64,000 nt of DNA from an uncultured Acidimicrobiales bacterium (GCA_964512645.1 CAZEJS010000001.1:825-64824), one strand, 5' to 3'; counted from the first letter of the stretch, positions 1-9,520 are shown. Notes: generated by a model not told the origin, from the letters alone. Numbers and translations are program-made.

Positions 1-1957
1 GGTCCGGCCCGATGGCTTCCTCTCGCGGTGAAGAAGTCGTCGAGTGCAGAAACCCTTCGACGCCGTCGAGGAATATACGCTGGTTGTTGTGCTCGTCCAC
101 CGTGGCGATCACGACGTGGTCGGTGCCGGCCGCCCAGTTCGAGGCGTTGCACTCGATCGCCGTCCAGACCGCTGAGCCGTGAGACCAGGTTCCGATGGCG
201 ACCAGCCCGTAGGCGGTCTTGAGGAGTTCCCACCCGTAAGTGGACGCGACCCCGTCCCGGTTCATGAGCATCAGGTGGGGCATGCCGTCGTCATAAGGCG
301 CGGAGGAGTTGACGACGCAGACGGCGGTGAACGGCATGCCGGGGGTCACCCCCAGGGACGCGCAGGGCCAGGAGCAGGAACCGTATGCGCCCGGGCCTAT
401 CACCGGCGCAACGGCGCCCTTCAGATGGGCGGTCCGCGGAGTGCCGGAAAGGGTCGCGGGGATGTCGTGCGCCAGGTCCCTGACCGAGGGTGTGCCGTCC
501 ATGTAGAGGACGTCGGGCGCCGTTCCGGGGACGGGATCAACACCGCCAGCGAGCGCGAACCCCGCAGCGTCGTGCCCGCCGGTCCAGGCGTTGTAGTCGA
601 AGTACATGGAGCGTTCGACGACGATCGGCCTGTCGGAGGACACCAGCGCGGAGACGTCCTGGCCCTCCCCGACGTCGCTGTTGACGCTCACGGTCAGCCT
701 GGAGTTGGCGCTCACCGTCTTCTGCCTGGCGATCACCCGGGCGCCCGCCGTGAGGTAGCTGACCGTGACCCGGGCTTCTGTGTCCCCGGGGTTCTGCAGG
801 CAGAGCCATTCCTCGAAGTCCACCCTGGTGGTCCCTTCCGCGAGAAACCAGGCGGTCGCGGCGGAGCTTATGCCCGGCACGCTGTGCCCCCCGGTCCAGG
901 CGTTGTGGTAGTCGAAGTACACGGGGCGCTCGGCAATGAAGCCCCGCGGCGACTCGAGGTGGATGCCGCAGTCCCTGTCCGGCCCCACCTCCCGGTTCAC
1001 CGATATCGTGACGCGCTCCCTGGCGGGGACGGAATATTTCCTGGAAACGGGGCCGCCCTGGCCGACCGCCGTCTGGTACGTGGCGGTCACCACCAGGGGA
1101 ACGGCGCCCGGGTTCTGCAGACAGAGCCACTGCTCGAAAGCGCCGTCCACGGGGTTCCTCCTGGTGGTGCCCTCTGCGAAGTACCACTCTCGGCCCGGGG
1201 AGTTTGCCCCCAGCACGTCGTGGCCGCCGGTCCAGTTGTTCCCCGCGAGACCCCGGTAATCGAAATACATGGGACGCTCGGCCACCACCCCACGGGTGCT
1301 CTCGAGGAAAAGGCTCGCGTGTTTCCCGGCCCCGATCTGGTCCCTGGTCTTGAACGTGGCCCGGGAACGTGGCCCCACTTTCCCCGGCACGTTCTTCTCT
1401 CCTTCACCTTCCACCATGTAGTGGAACACCAGGCCGGCCTCCTCGGGGCCGGGGTTGAGAACGGTGACGTACTGGTCGAACTCGGGCAGGGTATTGCCCT
1501 CGGCGAAGTACCAGCGGGTGTCGGGCGCGACCGCTCCCGGGGCGCAGGAGCCGCCGGTCCATGCCCCGTTGTAGTTGAAGTAGATGGGCCTTTCCGCGAC
1601 CAGGCCCGGGGTGCCGGACCGGATCCTTACGGACACGTCCTTCCCCGGCCCCACCTCGCCGTTCACGTCCACGGTGCAACGTGAGTTCGCGGGCACGGGG
1701 TAACTCGCCTCCCTGGTGCCGCCGTCGGTGAACATGTAGGTGGCCCGGGCGACGGTGTCCCGGCTGCCGGGGTTGCCCAGGCACAGGTACTCCTGGAAGC
1801 CGGCGCGAGTGGTGCCTTCGGCGAAATAGAACGTAGCCGGCGGCGTCGAACCCGCGCCTGCCGCCTGAAGCGACAACAGCGGGATGCAGCCGGCTGCGAA
1901 CATGACGATGACAACCGGCATTGTCCCGTATCTCTTGATCTTTCTTGCGCCGTCCAT
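1..1957 (-). CDS. Secreted tandem-repeat protein, 3' end truncated by window edge. N-terminal signal peptide, four ~110-aa repeats, then a distinct C-terminal domain continuing past position 1
   Basis: ATG at 1957 (MDGARKIKRYGTMPVVIVMFAAGCIPLLSLQAAGA...) opens a frame with no stop down to position 1, so it is absent from the ORF track. My own translation shows the repeated unit (W)YFAEGTT..F.EWLCLQNPG...ERP.YFDY.AWTGG four times. The sense-frame signal peptide and domain order contrast with the junk-like 501-aa plus-strand ORF 179..1684. Confidence 0.75.
   Translation of the reverse strand, partial: MDGARKIKRYGTMPVVIVMFAAGCIPLLSLQAAGAGSTPPATFYFAEGTTRAGFQEYLCLGNPGSRDTVARATYMFTDGGTREASYPVPANSRCTVDVNGEVGPGKDVSVRIRSGTPGLVAERPIYFNYNGAWTGGSCAPGAVAPDTRWYFAEGNTLPEFDQYVTVLNPGPEEAGLVFHYMVEGEGEKNVPGKVGPRSRATFKTRDQIGAGKHASLFLESTRGVVAERPMYFDYRGLAGNNWTGGHDVLGANSPGREWYFAEGTTRRNPVDGAFEQWLCLQNPGAVPLVVTATYQTAVGQGGPVSRKYSVPARERVTISVNREVGPDRDCGIHLESPRGFIAERPVYFDYHNAWTGGHSVPGISSAATAWFLAEGTTRVDFEEWLCLQNPGDTEARVTVSYLTAGARVIARQKTVSANSRLTVSVNSDVGEGQDVSALVSSDRPIVVERSMYFDYNAWTGGHDAAGFALAGGVDPVPGTAPDVLYMDGTPSVRDLAHDIPATLSGTPRTAHLKGAVAPVIGPGAYGSCSWPCASLGVTPGMPFTAVCVVNSSAPYDDGMPHLMLMNRDGVASTYGWELLKTAYGLVAIGTWSHGSAVWTAIECNASNWAAGTDHVVIATVDEHNNQRIFLDGVEGFLHSTTSSPREEAIGPD
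560..1885 (-). repeat. Four tandem ~330-bp coding repeats inside the secreted repeat-protein gene
   Basis: Nucleotide-level recurrence of ccggtccaggcgttgtagtcgaagtacatgg-like blocks near 580-640, 890-960, 1225-1305 and 1550-1620. They translate to the YFDY..WTGG / YFAEGTT motif in each unit. Confidence 0.7.
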
Positions 1958-2520
1958 GTCTCACCAGCCGCTTCCGTGCCTGCGGTGCGCGCTCGAACGG
2001 TCCTCCACGCCGGGACCTGCTATGACAAGCATACAAGACCCTGCTGCCGGGGTGACCCTCGCTCTCACGTGTTTTCCAGAAGCCAGGTCCGCGGGCCGTT
2101 TGCCAGTGTGGCGCCCTCCTGGTTGACTTCTGTCGTGTCCTGACAACCGGAGGGCAAGCCGGGACGAGGAGATTGACATGGCATCCCTTGACCAGGGGAT
2201 ATATCGCCGAATGTTGTCTTCGGGGCTTTCCTCCCGATCCGCGTCAGGTGCATATGCTCCACAGGAGCCTGGTCTTCCCGCCTTCGACCAAAGTCAAATG
2301 TTCTGACTTTCGATGCTGCGCCCTGCGGCTCGATCCGTGAGGCGCATGCGTGAAACAGCGCGGAACAATGCCCGAGCTCGTCTCTTTGCCCCGAAGCACC
2401 TCGGAGGGCGGCGCGCGGCGCATCACAATGTCGTCCTTCTCCGTTATCATTGAGTGTCACCGAGCGACGGGGGCCGGTGCGAGAGAACCGCGCCGACCAA
2501 CGACCGAACACCCCTGGGAG

Positions 2521-3351
2521 ATGTTCCTGATGGGCGATACGGGCGAATACAGCGTTCAGAAGATCTCCAGCAGCAGGACTGTAGCTATCGACATGATGCA
2601 CGAGACCGTCAGGAGACATCATGTCAAAGCGCTGGTGGAGGTTGACGTTACTGGCGCCCGAGCATCACTCCGGAGATCCCGGACGGAAAACGGTCCCAAC
2701 ATATCTTTCACCGCCTGGCTCATGAAGTGCATCAGCATCGCCGCGGGGGAATTCCCCGAGGCCTGCGCCTTGAGACGAGGAAAGAAGCTCTACCTTTTCA
2801 AAGATATCGACATATCGACGATGATCGAGTTGCGCCACAAGGGCGTGGTAATGCCTCTCCCGTACGTCGTGCGCCGGACCAACGAGAAGAGCGTCGAACA
2901 GATCAGCGCGGAGATAGACGTCTTCAAGCGCTCACGCGAAGCGGAGGGCGAGATGGTGCTGGGCGACGAGAAGAGCTCCAGGTGGGTAGACCTGTACCTG
3001 CACCTGCCGACTTTCGTCCGAAGGGCCGTCTGGCGCCAGCTCGTGCGCATGCCGAAGACCCTCAAACGCTTTGGCGGCACCATTATCGTCACCTCGGTAG
3101 GCATGTTCGGCAAAAGCGGAGGATGGGCCATCACCTTCGGGCTCCAGTCGCTGGCTTTCGCCATAGGAGGAATCGCTCACAAGCCTTCCGTGACACCTGG
3201 TGGCATCGTACCGAGAGAACTTCTGAGCATGACCATTCTTATCGACCACGACGTCATCGACGGGGCACCTGCGGCGCGGTTCGTAGCGAGGCTTATCGAA
3301 CTCATCGAAAACTCTCACGGCCTGGAGTCGTACGCGGAACCCGGGGGTTGA
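2521..3351 (+). CDS. Stand-alone 2-oxoacid dehydrogenase acyltransferase (E2) catalytic domain protein; no lipoyl or subunit-binding domains
   Basis: ORF 2350..3351. The region from MGDTGEYSVQKISSSRTVAIDMMHETV... onward matches the E2 catalytic-domain pattern, including the catalytic DHDVIDG (DHRxxDG-type) motif near the C-terminus. The upstream 57 codons are Arg/GC-rich and junk-like. ATG 2521 or 2530 follows a GGGAG box. Confidence 0.7.
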   Translation: MFLMGDTGEYSVQKISSSRTVAIDMMHETVRRHHVKALVEVDVTGARASLRRSRTENGPNISFTAWLMKCISIAAGEFPEACALRRGKKLYLFKDIDISTMIELRHKGVVMPLPYVVRRTNEKSVEQISAEIDVFKRSREAEGEMVLGDEKSSRWVDLYLHLPTFVRRAVWRQLVRMPKTLKRFGGTIIVTSVGMFGKSGGWAITFGLQSLAFAIGGIAHKPSVTPGGIVPRELLSMTILIDHDVIDGAPAARFVARLIELIENSHGLESYAEPGG

Positions 3352-3364
3352 TAGGCAGCCGGGC

Positions 3365-4288
3365 TCACTGCCTCAAGTCGATGAACGTCAGTGTCCACAT
3401 CGCGCTCGCGGTGATGCTGAATATGCCCGCGCAGGCGGATGCCGCGGCCCAGGCCGCCGCCAGGGCCAGGATGCTCAGCGCTATCAGAAAGGCGTTGTGG
3501 TGCCGGTCGGCGACGGTGAATATCCAGGAAAGCGGCACACTGAGCACGGTTATGACGATTGCCATCGTAACCGCCCCGAAGATGGTTACCGCCAGAGCGT
3601 AAAACCAGGTCAGCACCACCTCCCTCCAGAAATCCCTGAACAGGATTCCCGCCATCTGGACAGCCTCCACGACTCCCATGCCCTCCAGCACCAGGCACCT
3701 CGCGGCGAGCTCGAAGATGATGCCCGACAAAACCGCAACAAGCACGAACGCAAGCCCCAGCGTCAGGGCGCCCAGGCACGGGAAGATAAATCCCTTCCTC
3801 CCGAGAGCCCACCAGAACAGGTAGGAAGGCGCGGCGAAGACGGCCAGGACCACCAGGTAAGCCAGGACCAGCACCAGGAACCGGGGAAAGCATCTCGCTC
3901 CCCAGCGGAACGCCCCGCCCGGGCCGGAAGGCCGGCCGTGGTCGATGTCGGAGACAGCGCCTATCGCGCACGCCTGGGCGAAGGCGCCCGCGGCGAGGGC
4001 GGCCAACCCCACGAACGCCCCCACGACGAGAAACAGCGCGAGGAAAACGGGATTTCGGTGGGCAAAGTCGCTGATGGCTGTGGCGACGCGGGAGACCGGG
4101 CTGAGACCGGTAAGCCCCCTGGGGAGCGGGCTCTGGACCCACAGGCTGAAGCCCTGGGCGCCGCCGCCGCCCAGAGCGATAACGAAAGCGATGACCCAGA
4201 GGTACCGGTGCCCGCGTACGTGCAGCCACGACCGCTTCAGCGTCTCGAACGCCTCGTTCATCGTCTCCGGGTGTTGCGGATATCCCAT
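3365..4288 (-). CDS. Polytopic integral membrane protein, function unknown
   Basis: 307-aa ORF, strongly hydrophobic with about 8 predicted TM segments (LWVIAFVIALGGG..., FLALFLVVGAFVGLAALAAGAF...). Convergent with the E2-like gene. Confidence 0.65.
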   Translation of the reverse strand: MGYPQHPETMNEAFETLKRSWLHVRGHRYLWVIAFVIALGGGGAQGFSLWVQSPLPRGLTGLSPVSRVATAISDFAHRNPVFLALFLVVGAFVGLAALAAGAFAQACAIGAVSDIDHGRPSGPGGAFRWGARCFPRFLVLVLAYLVVLAVFAAPSYLFWWALGRKGFIFPCLGALTLGLAFVLVAVLSGIIFELAARCLVLEGMGVVEAVQMAGILFRDFWREVVLTWFYALAVTIFGAVTMAIVITVLSVPLSWIFTVADRHHNAFLIALSILALAAAWAAASACAGIFSITASAMWTLTFIDLRQ

Positions 4289-4394
4289 CCTTCTCCCGAC
4301 CGGCTCTTATCACGCCGGCCCCTGTCCGGGCCTGCCCGGCCGTTCCACCAACAGGCCCGCCCGGGCACCGCGCAGGCGCCGTGCCCGCGGTCCT

Positions 4395-5147
4395 TCAAGC
4401 GACTTCCACCTCGAGCGTCCCTATCCCTTCGATCGTCATCGCCACGGCGTCTCCCGGTGAGATCGAGCCGATGCCCGAGGGCGTTCCGGTGAGGATCACG
4501 TCACCGGGACAGAGGGTCATGACCGACGAGACGAACGACACCAGCCGGGGAACGTCGAATATCATCATCGAGGTGTTCGATCTCTGGCGGACCTCGCCGT
4601 TCAGGCTGAGGGATATGTCCAGCGCGCCGGGATCCAGCTCGGTCTCTGCCCAGGGCCCCAGCGGGCAGAAAGTGTCGAACCCCTTCGCTCGCGTCCACTG
4701 TCCGTCCTCGAACTGGAGATCGCGGGCGGTGATGTCCATTCCGCAGGTATAGCCGAAAACGTAAGAGAGCGCGTCCTCGACCGGCACTCGCCTGGCCTCG
4801 ACACCGATGATGACGGCAAGCTCTCCCTCGTAATCGACCTGCCCCGACCTCGCGGGCAGCAGTATCGACCCGCCAGGATCGAGCACCGAACTGGGGGGTT
4901 TCAGGAAGACCGTCGGCTCGGAAGGGGTCTCCATGCCCACCTCGTCGGCGTGCTCCCTGTAGTTGAGGCCGATGCCCACTATCTTGGTCGGGACCACCGG
5001 GGCGAGGAGAGCCGCGTCGGACAGGGGAATTCCCCCGGGAGCGGCCGCCGGCTCTTCGTACGGCTCCCAGGCCACAGGCAGGACGGCCTCGCCGGATAGT
5101 ATCCCGTAGCCGGTGCTGCCCTCGTTAAGAAACCTGACCATCTTCAT
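4395..5147 (-). CDS. Fumarylacetoacetate hydrolase (FAH) family protein (2-keto-4-pentenoate hydratase / HpcE-like)
   Basis: ORF 4395..5216. Internal ATG at 5147 (MKMVRFLNEG...) is preceded by GAGGGGGA. FAH-fold motifs are present (KIVGIGLNYREHA, GEVRQRSNTSMMIFDVPRLVSFVSSVMTLCPGDVILTGTP). Confidence 0.8.
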   Translation of the reverse strand: MKMVRFLNEGSTGYGILSGEAVLPVAWEPYEEPAAAPGGIPLSDAALLAPVVPTKIVGIGLNYREHADEVGMETPSEPTVFLKPPSSVLDPGGSILLPARSGQVDYEGELAVIIGVEARRVPVEDALSYVFGYTCGMDITARDLQFEDGQWTRAKGFDTFCPLGPWAETELDPGALDISLSLNGEVRQRSNTSMMIFDVPRLVSFVSSVMTLCPGDVILTGTPSGIGSISPGDAVAMTIEGIGTLEVEVA

Positions 5148-5414
5148 GCCTGTCCCCCTCGTTTGACACCAGCGGCGCGGCCGCGCCCGGCTGCGGCTGC
5201 GCCAATAAGTAAACACGAAAACGTCCGAACCGACGACCCCCCGAGAAACCGGTCCGGAAGGCTCATTACGGAAGGTATCGCCCGGAACGTCCCCCGGAGC
5301 GCCTCCTCCGGCGCCTTGTGAAGAGCAGGCAACGGGGGTTCTCCAACGGTTGACCGCAGGCGGCTCTCCACGACAAATAACCGGAGTACAGATACGACGC
5401 GGACGGCGCCTGTT

Positions 5415-6983
5415 CTATTGCTGGGGCTTGTGGCTGAGGCCGTATTCGAGGCTGTCGACCAGGGCCTGCCAGGAGGCTTCGATGATATTTTCGTTCACCC
5501 CGATGGTGCCCCACGACTTCTCGCCGTCGCTGGTCTCGATGAGGACCCGGGTCACGGCGGCGGTGCCCTTCTTCTCGTCGAGCACCCGCACCTTGTAGTC
5601 GGTGAGCTCGATGTCCTTGAGTGCGGGATAGCTCCTGCCGATAGCGATCCTTATCGCCCGGTCCAGGGCGTTGACGGGGCCGTTCCCCTCGGCGGTTGCT
5701 ATCAGGCGGCGGCCCCCGACGTGGATCTTCACCGTAGCCTCGGTCATCACTTTGCCGTCCTCGCGCTTCTCCATGATGACACGGAACGACTCCAGCTTGA
5801 AGAACTGCTTGTGGGTCCCCATGGCCTTGCGGACCAGTATCTCGAACGAGCCGTCGGCGGCCTCGAACTGGTAGCCCACGTGCTCGAGGTCCTTTATCTG
5901 GCTGACGATGTCCCTGAGCCGCTCCGGCTCGGCGTCGAGATCGAACCCCATCTCCCTGGCTTTGAGCGTTATCGTGGATTTGCCCGATAGCTCCGAAACC
6001 ACGATCCGCTGTATGTTTCCGACCAGCTCAGGCCTTATGTGCTCGTAAGTCTTCGACTCGCTCTTCACGCCGCTGGCGTGGATGCCGCCTTTGTGGGCGA
6101 ACGCGCTCATCCCCACGAAAGGCTGGTGGGCGTCCGGGTGAATGTTGGCCAGCTCGCTCACGTAGTGGGCCAGGTCGGTGAGGCCTGCCAGCCGGTCCCG
6201 CGGCAGGCAGTCCACGTCCATCTTCAGCACGAGGTTCGGGATCACCGAGCACAGGTTGGCGTTCCCGCAGCGCTCCCCGTAGCCGTTCACGGTGCCGTGG
6301 ACCATCTTCACGCCCTCCCGCACCGCCGCCAGCGTGTTCGCCACGGCGCAGTCGCTGTCGTTATGGGCGTGGATCGCCAGCTTCACCGGGACCCTGCTCC
6401 TCACCTCGCCGACGATGCCGGCCACCTCGTGCGGGAGCGTCCCGCCGTTGGTGTCGCAGAGCGATACCCAGTCCACGCCCCCTTCGGCGGCGGCCTCGAC
6501 CGCCCGCAGCGCGTAGGCGGGGTTGTCCTTGTAAGCGTCAAAGAAATGCTCGGCGTCGAAAACGACCTCGAGCCCCTTCTTCTTGAGGTATTTTACCGAC
6601 TCGGCGATCATGAAGATGTTCTCGTCCAGGGAAATCTTCAGGGCGGTCTCGACGTGGAAATCCCACGCCTTTCCGACAATGCACGCCACCGGCGCGCCCG
6701 AGGCCACCAGCGCCTTCATCTCCTTGTCGCGCGATGCGGAAGTAAGCGCGCGACGGGTCGAACCGAACGCGACCAGCTTCGCGTTCTTCAGTTCCACATC
6801 CCGCGCCGCGGCGAAGAATTCTCTGTCCTTGGGGTTGGACGCGGGATAGCCGCCCTCGACGTAATGCATCCCGAAGGCGTCCAGGCGCTTCAGTATCTTG
6901 ATCTTGTCCTCGAGGGAGAAGGCCACTCCCTCGCGGGCCGCCCCGTCCCTGAGCGTCGTATCGTAGATGACAACGTCCGGCAC
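5415..6983 (-). CDS. cimA: (R)-citramalate synthase
   Basis: ORF 5415..7256. GTG at 6983 is preceded by GGAGG and gives (M)PDVVIYDTTLRDGAAREGVAFSLEDKIKILKRLDAFGMHYVEGGYPASNPKDREFF. This closely matches the Geobacter/Leptospira CimA N-terminus (YDTTLRDGTQAE..ISF..EDKI..LD..GI.YIEGGWPGSNPKD..FF). A C-terminal LeuA-dimer regulatory domain is present; the protein is about 523 aa. Confidence 0.85.
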   Translation of the reverse strand: MPDVVIYDTTLRDGAAREGVAFSLEDKIKILKRLDAFGMHYVEGGYPASNPKDREFFAAARDVELKNAKLVAFGSTRRALTSASRDKEMKALVASGAPVACIVGKAWDFHVETALKISLDENIFMIAESVKYLKKKGLEVVFDAEHFFDAYKDNPAYALRAVEAAAEGGVDWVSLCDTNGGTLPHEVAGIVGEVRSRVPVKLAIHAHNDSDCAVANTLAAVREGVKMVHGTVNGYGERCGNANLCSVIPNLVLKMDVDCLPRDRLAGLTDLAHYVSELANIHPDAHQPFVGMSAFAHKGGIHASGVKSESKTYEHIRPELVGNIQRIVVSELSGKSTITLKAREMGFDLDAEPERLRDIVSQIKDLEHVGYQFEAADGSFEILVRKAMGTHKQFFKLESFRVIMEKREDGKVMTEATVKIHVGGRRLIATAEGNGPVNALDRAIRIAIGRSYPALKDIELTDYKVRVLDEKKGTAAVTRVLIETSDGEKSWGTIGVNENIIEASWQALVDSLEYGLSHKPQQ

Positions 6984-7036
6984 CCTGTGCCTCCAGTCTC
7001 CGGCTCCCGGGCCCCGGCCCGCCGGGCCCCGGTCGG

Positions 7037-7912
7037 TCAGTAGGCCACCCTGCCGTGGCCCCTGGTAAACTCCCCGAACTCCTTCATCAGCCTGGCGGTG
7101 ACGGGCCCGGGCCGCCCGTCGGCGATCGGCCTCTGGTCGATGTACGTCACCGGAGCGATCTCCGCCGCGGTGCCGGTGAGGAAACACTCGTCGGAAGTGT
7201 AGCACTCCACCAGCGACAACTGCTCCTCGCGTATCGGCACGCCCAGCTCCCCGCATAACGCGAACACCACCTGCCTGGTGATACCGTTCAGGGCGCCGCT
7301 GTTCGTCGGGGGAGTGAGCACCACCCCGTCCACGACGATGAAGAAGTTATCAACGACGCACTCGGTTACGTAACCGCTGTCGTTGAGCACCAGCCCCTCG
7401 TCCGCCCCCGCGTGAAGCACCTCGAGGTGGGCGAGTATATGGTTCAGGTAGTTGAGCGATTTGATCTGGGGGCTGAGCGCGTCCGGGTTGCTGCGGCGCG
7501 TCGAGACGGTGACCAGCTTGAGGCCGTGCTCGTACACCTCGTCGGGATATATCTTGATGGTGGAGGCTATGATGATGACGCCGGGGTTCGCGCACTTGGA
7601 CGGGCTCAGGCCCAGGTCTCCCCTGCCCCTGGTGATCACCAGGCGCACGTAGCCGTCGGTGATGCCGTTGCGTTTGACGGTCTCGCACACCGCGTCGGCG
7701 AGATCCTCAGGCTCCATGGGTATTTCCAGGCGTATGACCCTGGCACCCCTGTAGAGCCTCTTGAGGTGCGCGTCCAGCATGAACACGTTCCGGTCGTACA
7801 CCCGTATGCCTTCGAATACTCCGTCCCCGTAGAGCAGCCCGTGGTCGAACACGGACACTTTCGCCTCCTCTTCGGGCACGAACGCGCCGTCTACGTATAC
7901 GGTGAGCCCCAT
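7037..7912 (-). CDS. ilvE: Branched-chain amino acid aminotransferase (class IV)
   Basis: 291 aa. Fold-type IV aminotransferase signature region (LLYGDGVFEGIRVY, ...FLTGTAAEIAPV). Confidence 0.9.
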   Translation of the reverse strand: MGLTVYVDGAFVPEEEAKVSVFDHGLLYGDGVFEGIRVYDRNVFMLDAHLKRLYRGARVIRLEIPMEPEDLADAVCETVKRNGITDGYVRLVITRGRGDLGLSPSKCANPGVIIIASTIKIYPDEVYEHGLKLVTVSTRRSNPDALSPQIKSLNYLNHILAHLEVLHAGADEGLVLNDSGYVTECVVDNFFIVVDGVVLTPPTNSGALNGITRQVVFALCGELGVPIREEQLSLVECYTSDECFLTGTAAEIAPVTYIDQRPIADGRPGPVTARLMKEFGEFTRGHGRVAY

Positions 7913-7921
7913 GTCTCGCCC

Positions 7922-8986
7922 TCAACTCCCCTCTCGGACGTACCCGGCTATCAGGTCGCCCACTTCGTCCGTCCCCATCCCCATCTTCCCGGCGGAGAGG
8001 CTCTTGATCCTGCCCGAGCCCAGCGCACGGACGATCGCCTCCTCCACGCGCACCGCGGCATCGTTCTCGCCCAGGAAATCGAGCATCATCTGGACGGCGG
8101 CGATGGCTGCCAGCGGGTTGATCACGTTCTTGCCGGTGTATTTTGGCGCTGACCCCCCGATCGGCTCGAACATCGACGTACCCTCGGGGTTGATGTTGCC
8201 GCCCGCGGCTATGCCCATCCCGCCCTGTATCATCGCGCCCAGATCGGTGATGATGTCGCCGAACATGTTATCGGTAACGATCACGTCGAACCATTCCGGG
8301 TTTTTCACCATCCACATGCAGGTGGCGTCAACGTGCGCGTAGTCGGTGGTTATGTCGGGATACTCCAGTGCCACCTCGTTGAACGTCCTCTCCCAGAGGT
8401 CGTGCGCGTAGGTCAGCACGTTCGTCTTGCCGCAGAGGGTAACCTTGCGTTCCATGTCCCTCTTCCTGCAGGCCTCGAACGCGTACCTCACGCAGCGCTC
8501 GACGCCCATCCTGGTGTTCACCGATTCCTGCACGGCCACCTCCTGGGGGGTGCCCTTGCGGGTGAAACCTCCGGAACCTACGTACAGGCCTTCGGTGTTC
8601 TCGCGGACGACCACCATGTCTATGTCCTCGGGACCCTTGTCCTTGAGCGGGCAGTCCACCCCCGGATAGAGCTTCACCGGCCGGAGATTCACGTACTGGT
8701 CGAGATCGAACCTCAGCCTGAGGAGTATCCCCTGCTCTAGGATGCCCGGCTTGACGTCCGGGTGCCCTATCGCCCCGAGGTAGATGGCCTTGAACCCTTT
8801 GAGCTCCTCGACGTCTTCGGGGGTTAGAGTCACCCCGGTGGCCAGCCAGCGGTCGCCGCCGTAGTCGAACGTCCTGGCCTGGTAATCGAACCCGCAGGCG
8901 TCCGCCGCCGCCTCGAGGACCTTGAGGCCCTCCCGCACGACCTCTGCCCCGGTGCCGTCCCCTGGTATTACAGCGATCTCGTACAT
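7922..8986 (-). CDS. leuB: 3-isopropylmalate dehydrogenase
   Basis: 354 aa. IPMDH/IDH-family motifs ([31 protein letters not shown]). Confidence 0.9.
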   Translation of the reverse strand: MYEIAVIPGDGTGAEVVREGLKVLEAAADACGFDYQARTFDYGGDRWLATGVTLTPEDVEELKGFKAIYLGAIGHPDVKPGILEQGILLRLRFDLDQYVNLRPVKLYPGVDCPLKDKGPEDIDMVVVRENTEGLYVGSGGFTRKGTPQEVAVQESVNTRMGVERCVRYAFEACRKRDMERKVTLCGKTNVLTYAHDLWERTFNEVALEYPDITTDYAHVDATCMWMVKNPEWFDVIVTDNMFGDIITDLGAMIQGGMGIAAGGNINPEGTSMFEPIGGSAPKYTGKNVINPLAAIAAVQMMLDFLGENDAAVRVEEAIVRALGSGRIKSLSAGKMGMGTDEVGDLIAGYVREGS

Positions 8987-9016
8987 CAGTCTCCCGTCCG
9001 CGCGCCCGGCGCGCTT

Positions 9017-9520
9017 TCAAGTCTGCCGGTTCACGTACTCAATGAGCCCCCCCGCGTCCATAATCCGCCGCATGAACTCCGGGTAGGGGGCCACATCGAA
9101 GGTCAGCCCCGTGGCCAGGTCCTCTATCCTGCCGTTCGCGAGGTCGACCCTCACCCGGTCACCGTCTGAGATGGCCCCGGCGGCCTCCGGCGACTCCACC
9201 AGCGGCAGCCCCACGTTCAGGGCGTTCCGGTAGAAGATGCGGGCAAACGACTTCGCGATGACGCATGATATCCCGCCTCCCTTGATAGCCAGCGGGGCAT
9301 GCTCCCGCGAGGAGCCGGAGCCGAAGTTCTCCCCGCCGACGATGACATCCCCGGGCTCGACCCTGTCCGCGAAATCCGGGTCCTCCCCGGCCATCAAGTG
9401 CCTGCCGAGGACCGCGGGGTCGTTGGACACCAGGTAGGTGGCGGGGATGATTATGTCGGTGTTCACGTGGTCGCCGAACTTGAAGGCCCTTCCCTCGAGC
9501 ACCACTTCCCTGTCGCTCAT
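9017..9520 (-). CDS. leuD: 3-isopropylmalate dehydratase small subunit (short, archaeal-type LeuD)
   Basis: 167 aa, GSGSSREHAPLA motif. Overlaps the leuC stop by 4 nt. Confidence 0.9.
   Translation of the reverse strand: MSDREVVLEGRAFKFGDHVNTDIIIPATYLVSNDPAVLGRHLMAGEDPDFADRVEPGDVIVGGENFGSGSSREHAPLAIKGGGISCVIAKSFARIFYRNALNVGLPLVESPEAAGAISDGDRVRVDLANGRIEDLATGLTFDVAPYPEFMRRIMDAGGLIEYVNRQT

Noticed and set aside
2175-2215. TTGACA and TTGACC hexamers as promoter for the E2-like gene
   Set aside because: No acceptable -10 at 16-19 nt spacing, and more than 300 nt from the start codon. Kept only as a note under the palindrome finding.
2350-2520. Upstream 57 codons of the E2-like ORF (MKQRGTMPELVSLPRSTSEGGARR…)
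   Set aside because: Arg-rich, no similarity to lipoyl or any domain, no RBS. A start at ATG 2521/2530 after GGGAG gives a clean catalytic-domain protein.
5148-5414. CCGGAG-n6-CTCCGG hairpin after cimA as a terminator
   Set aside because: No U-tract on the cimA strand and GC-rich flanks. Probably not an intrinsic terminator; the FAH gene may be co-transcribed.
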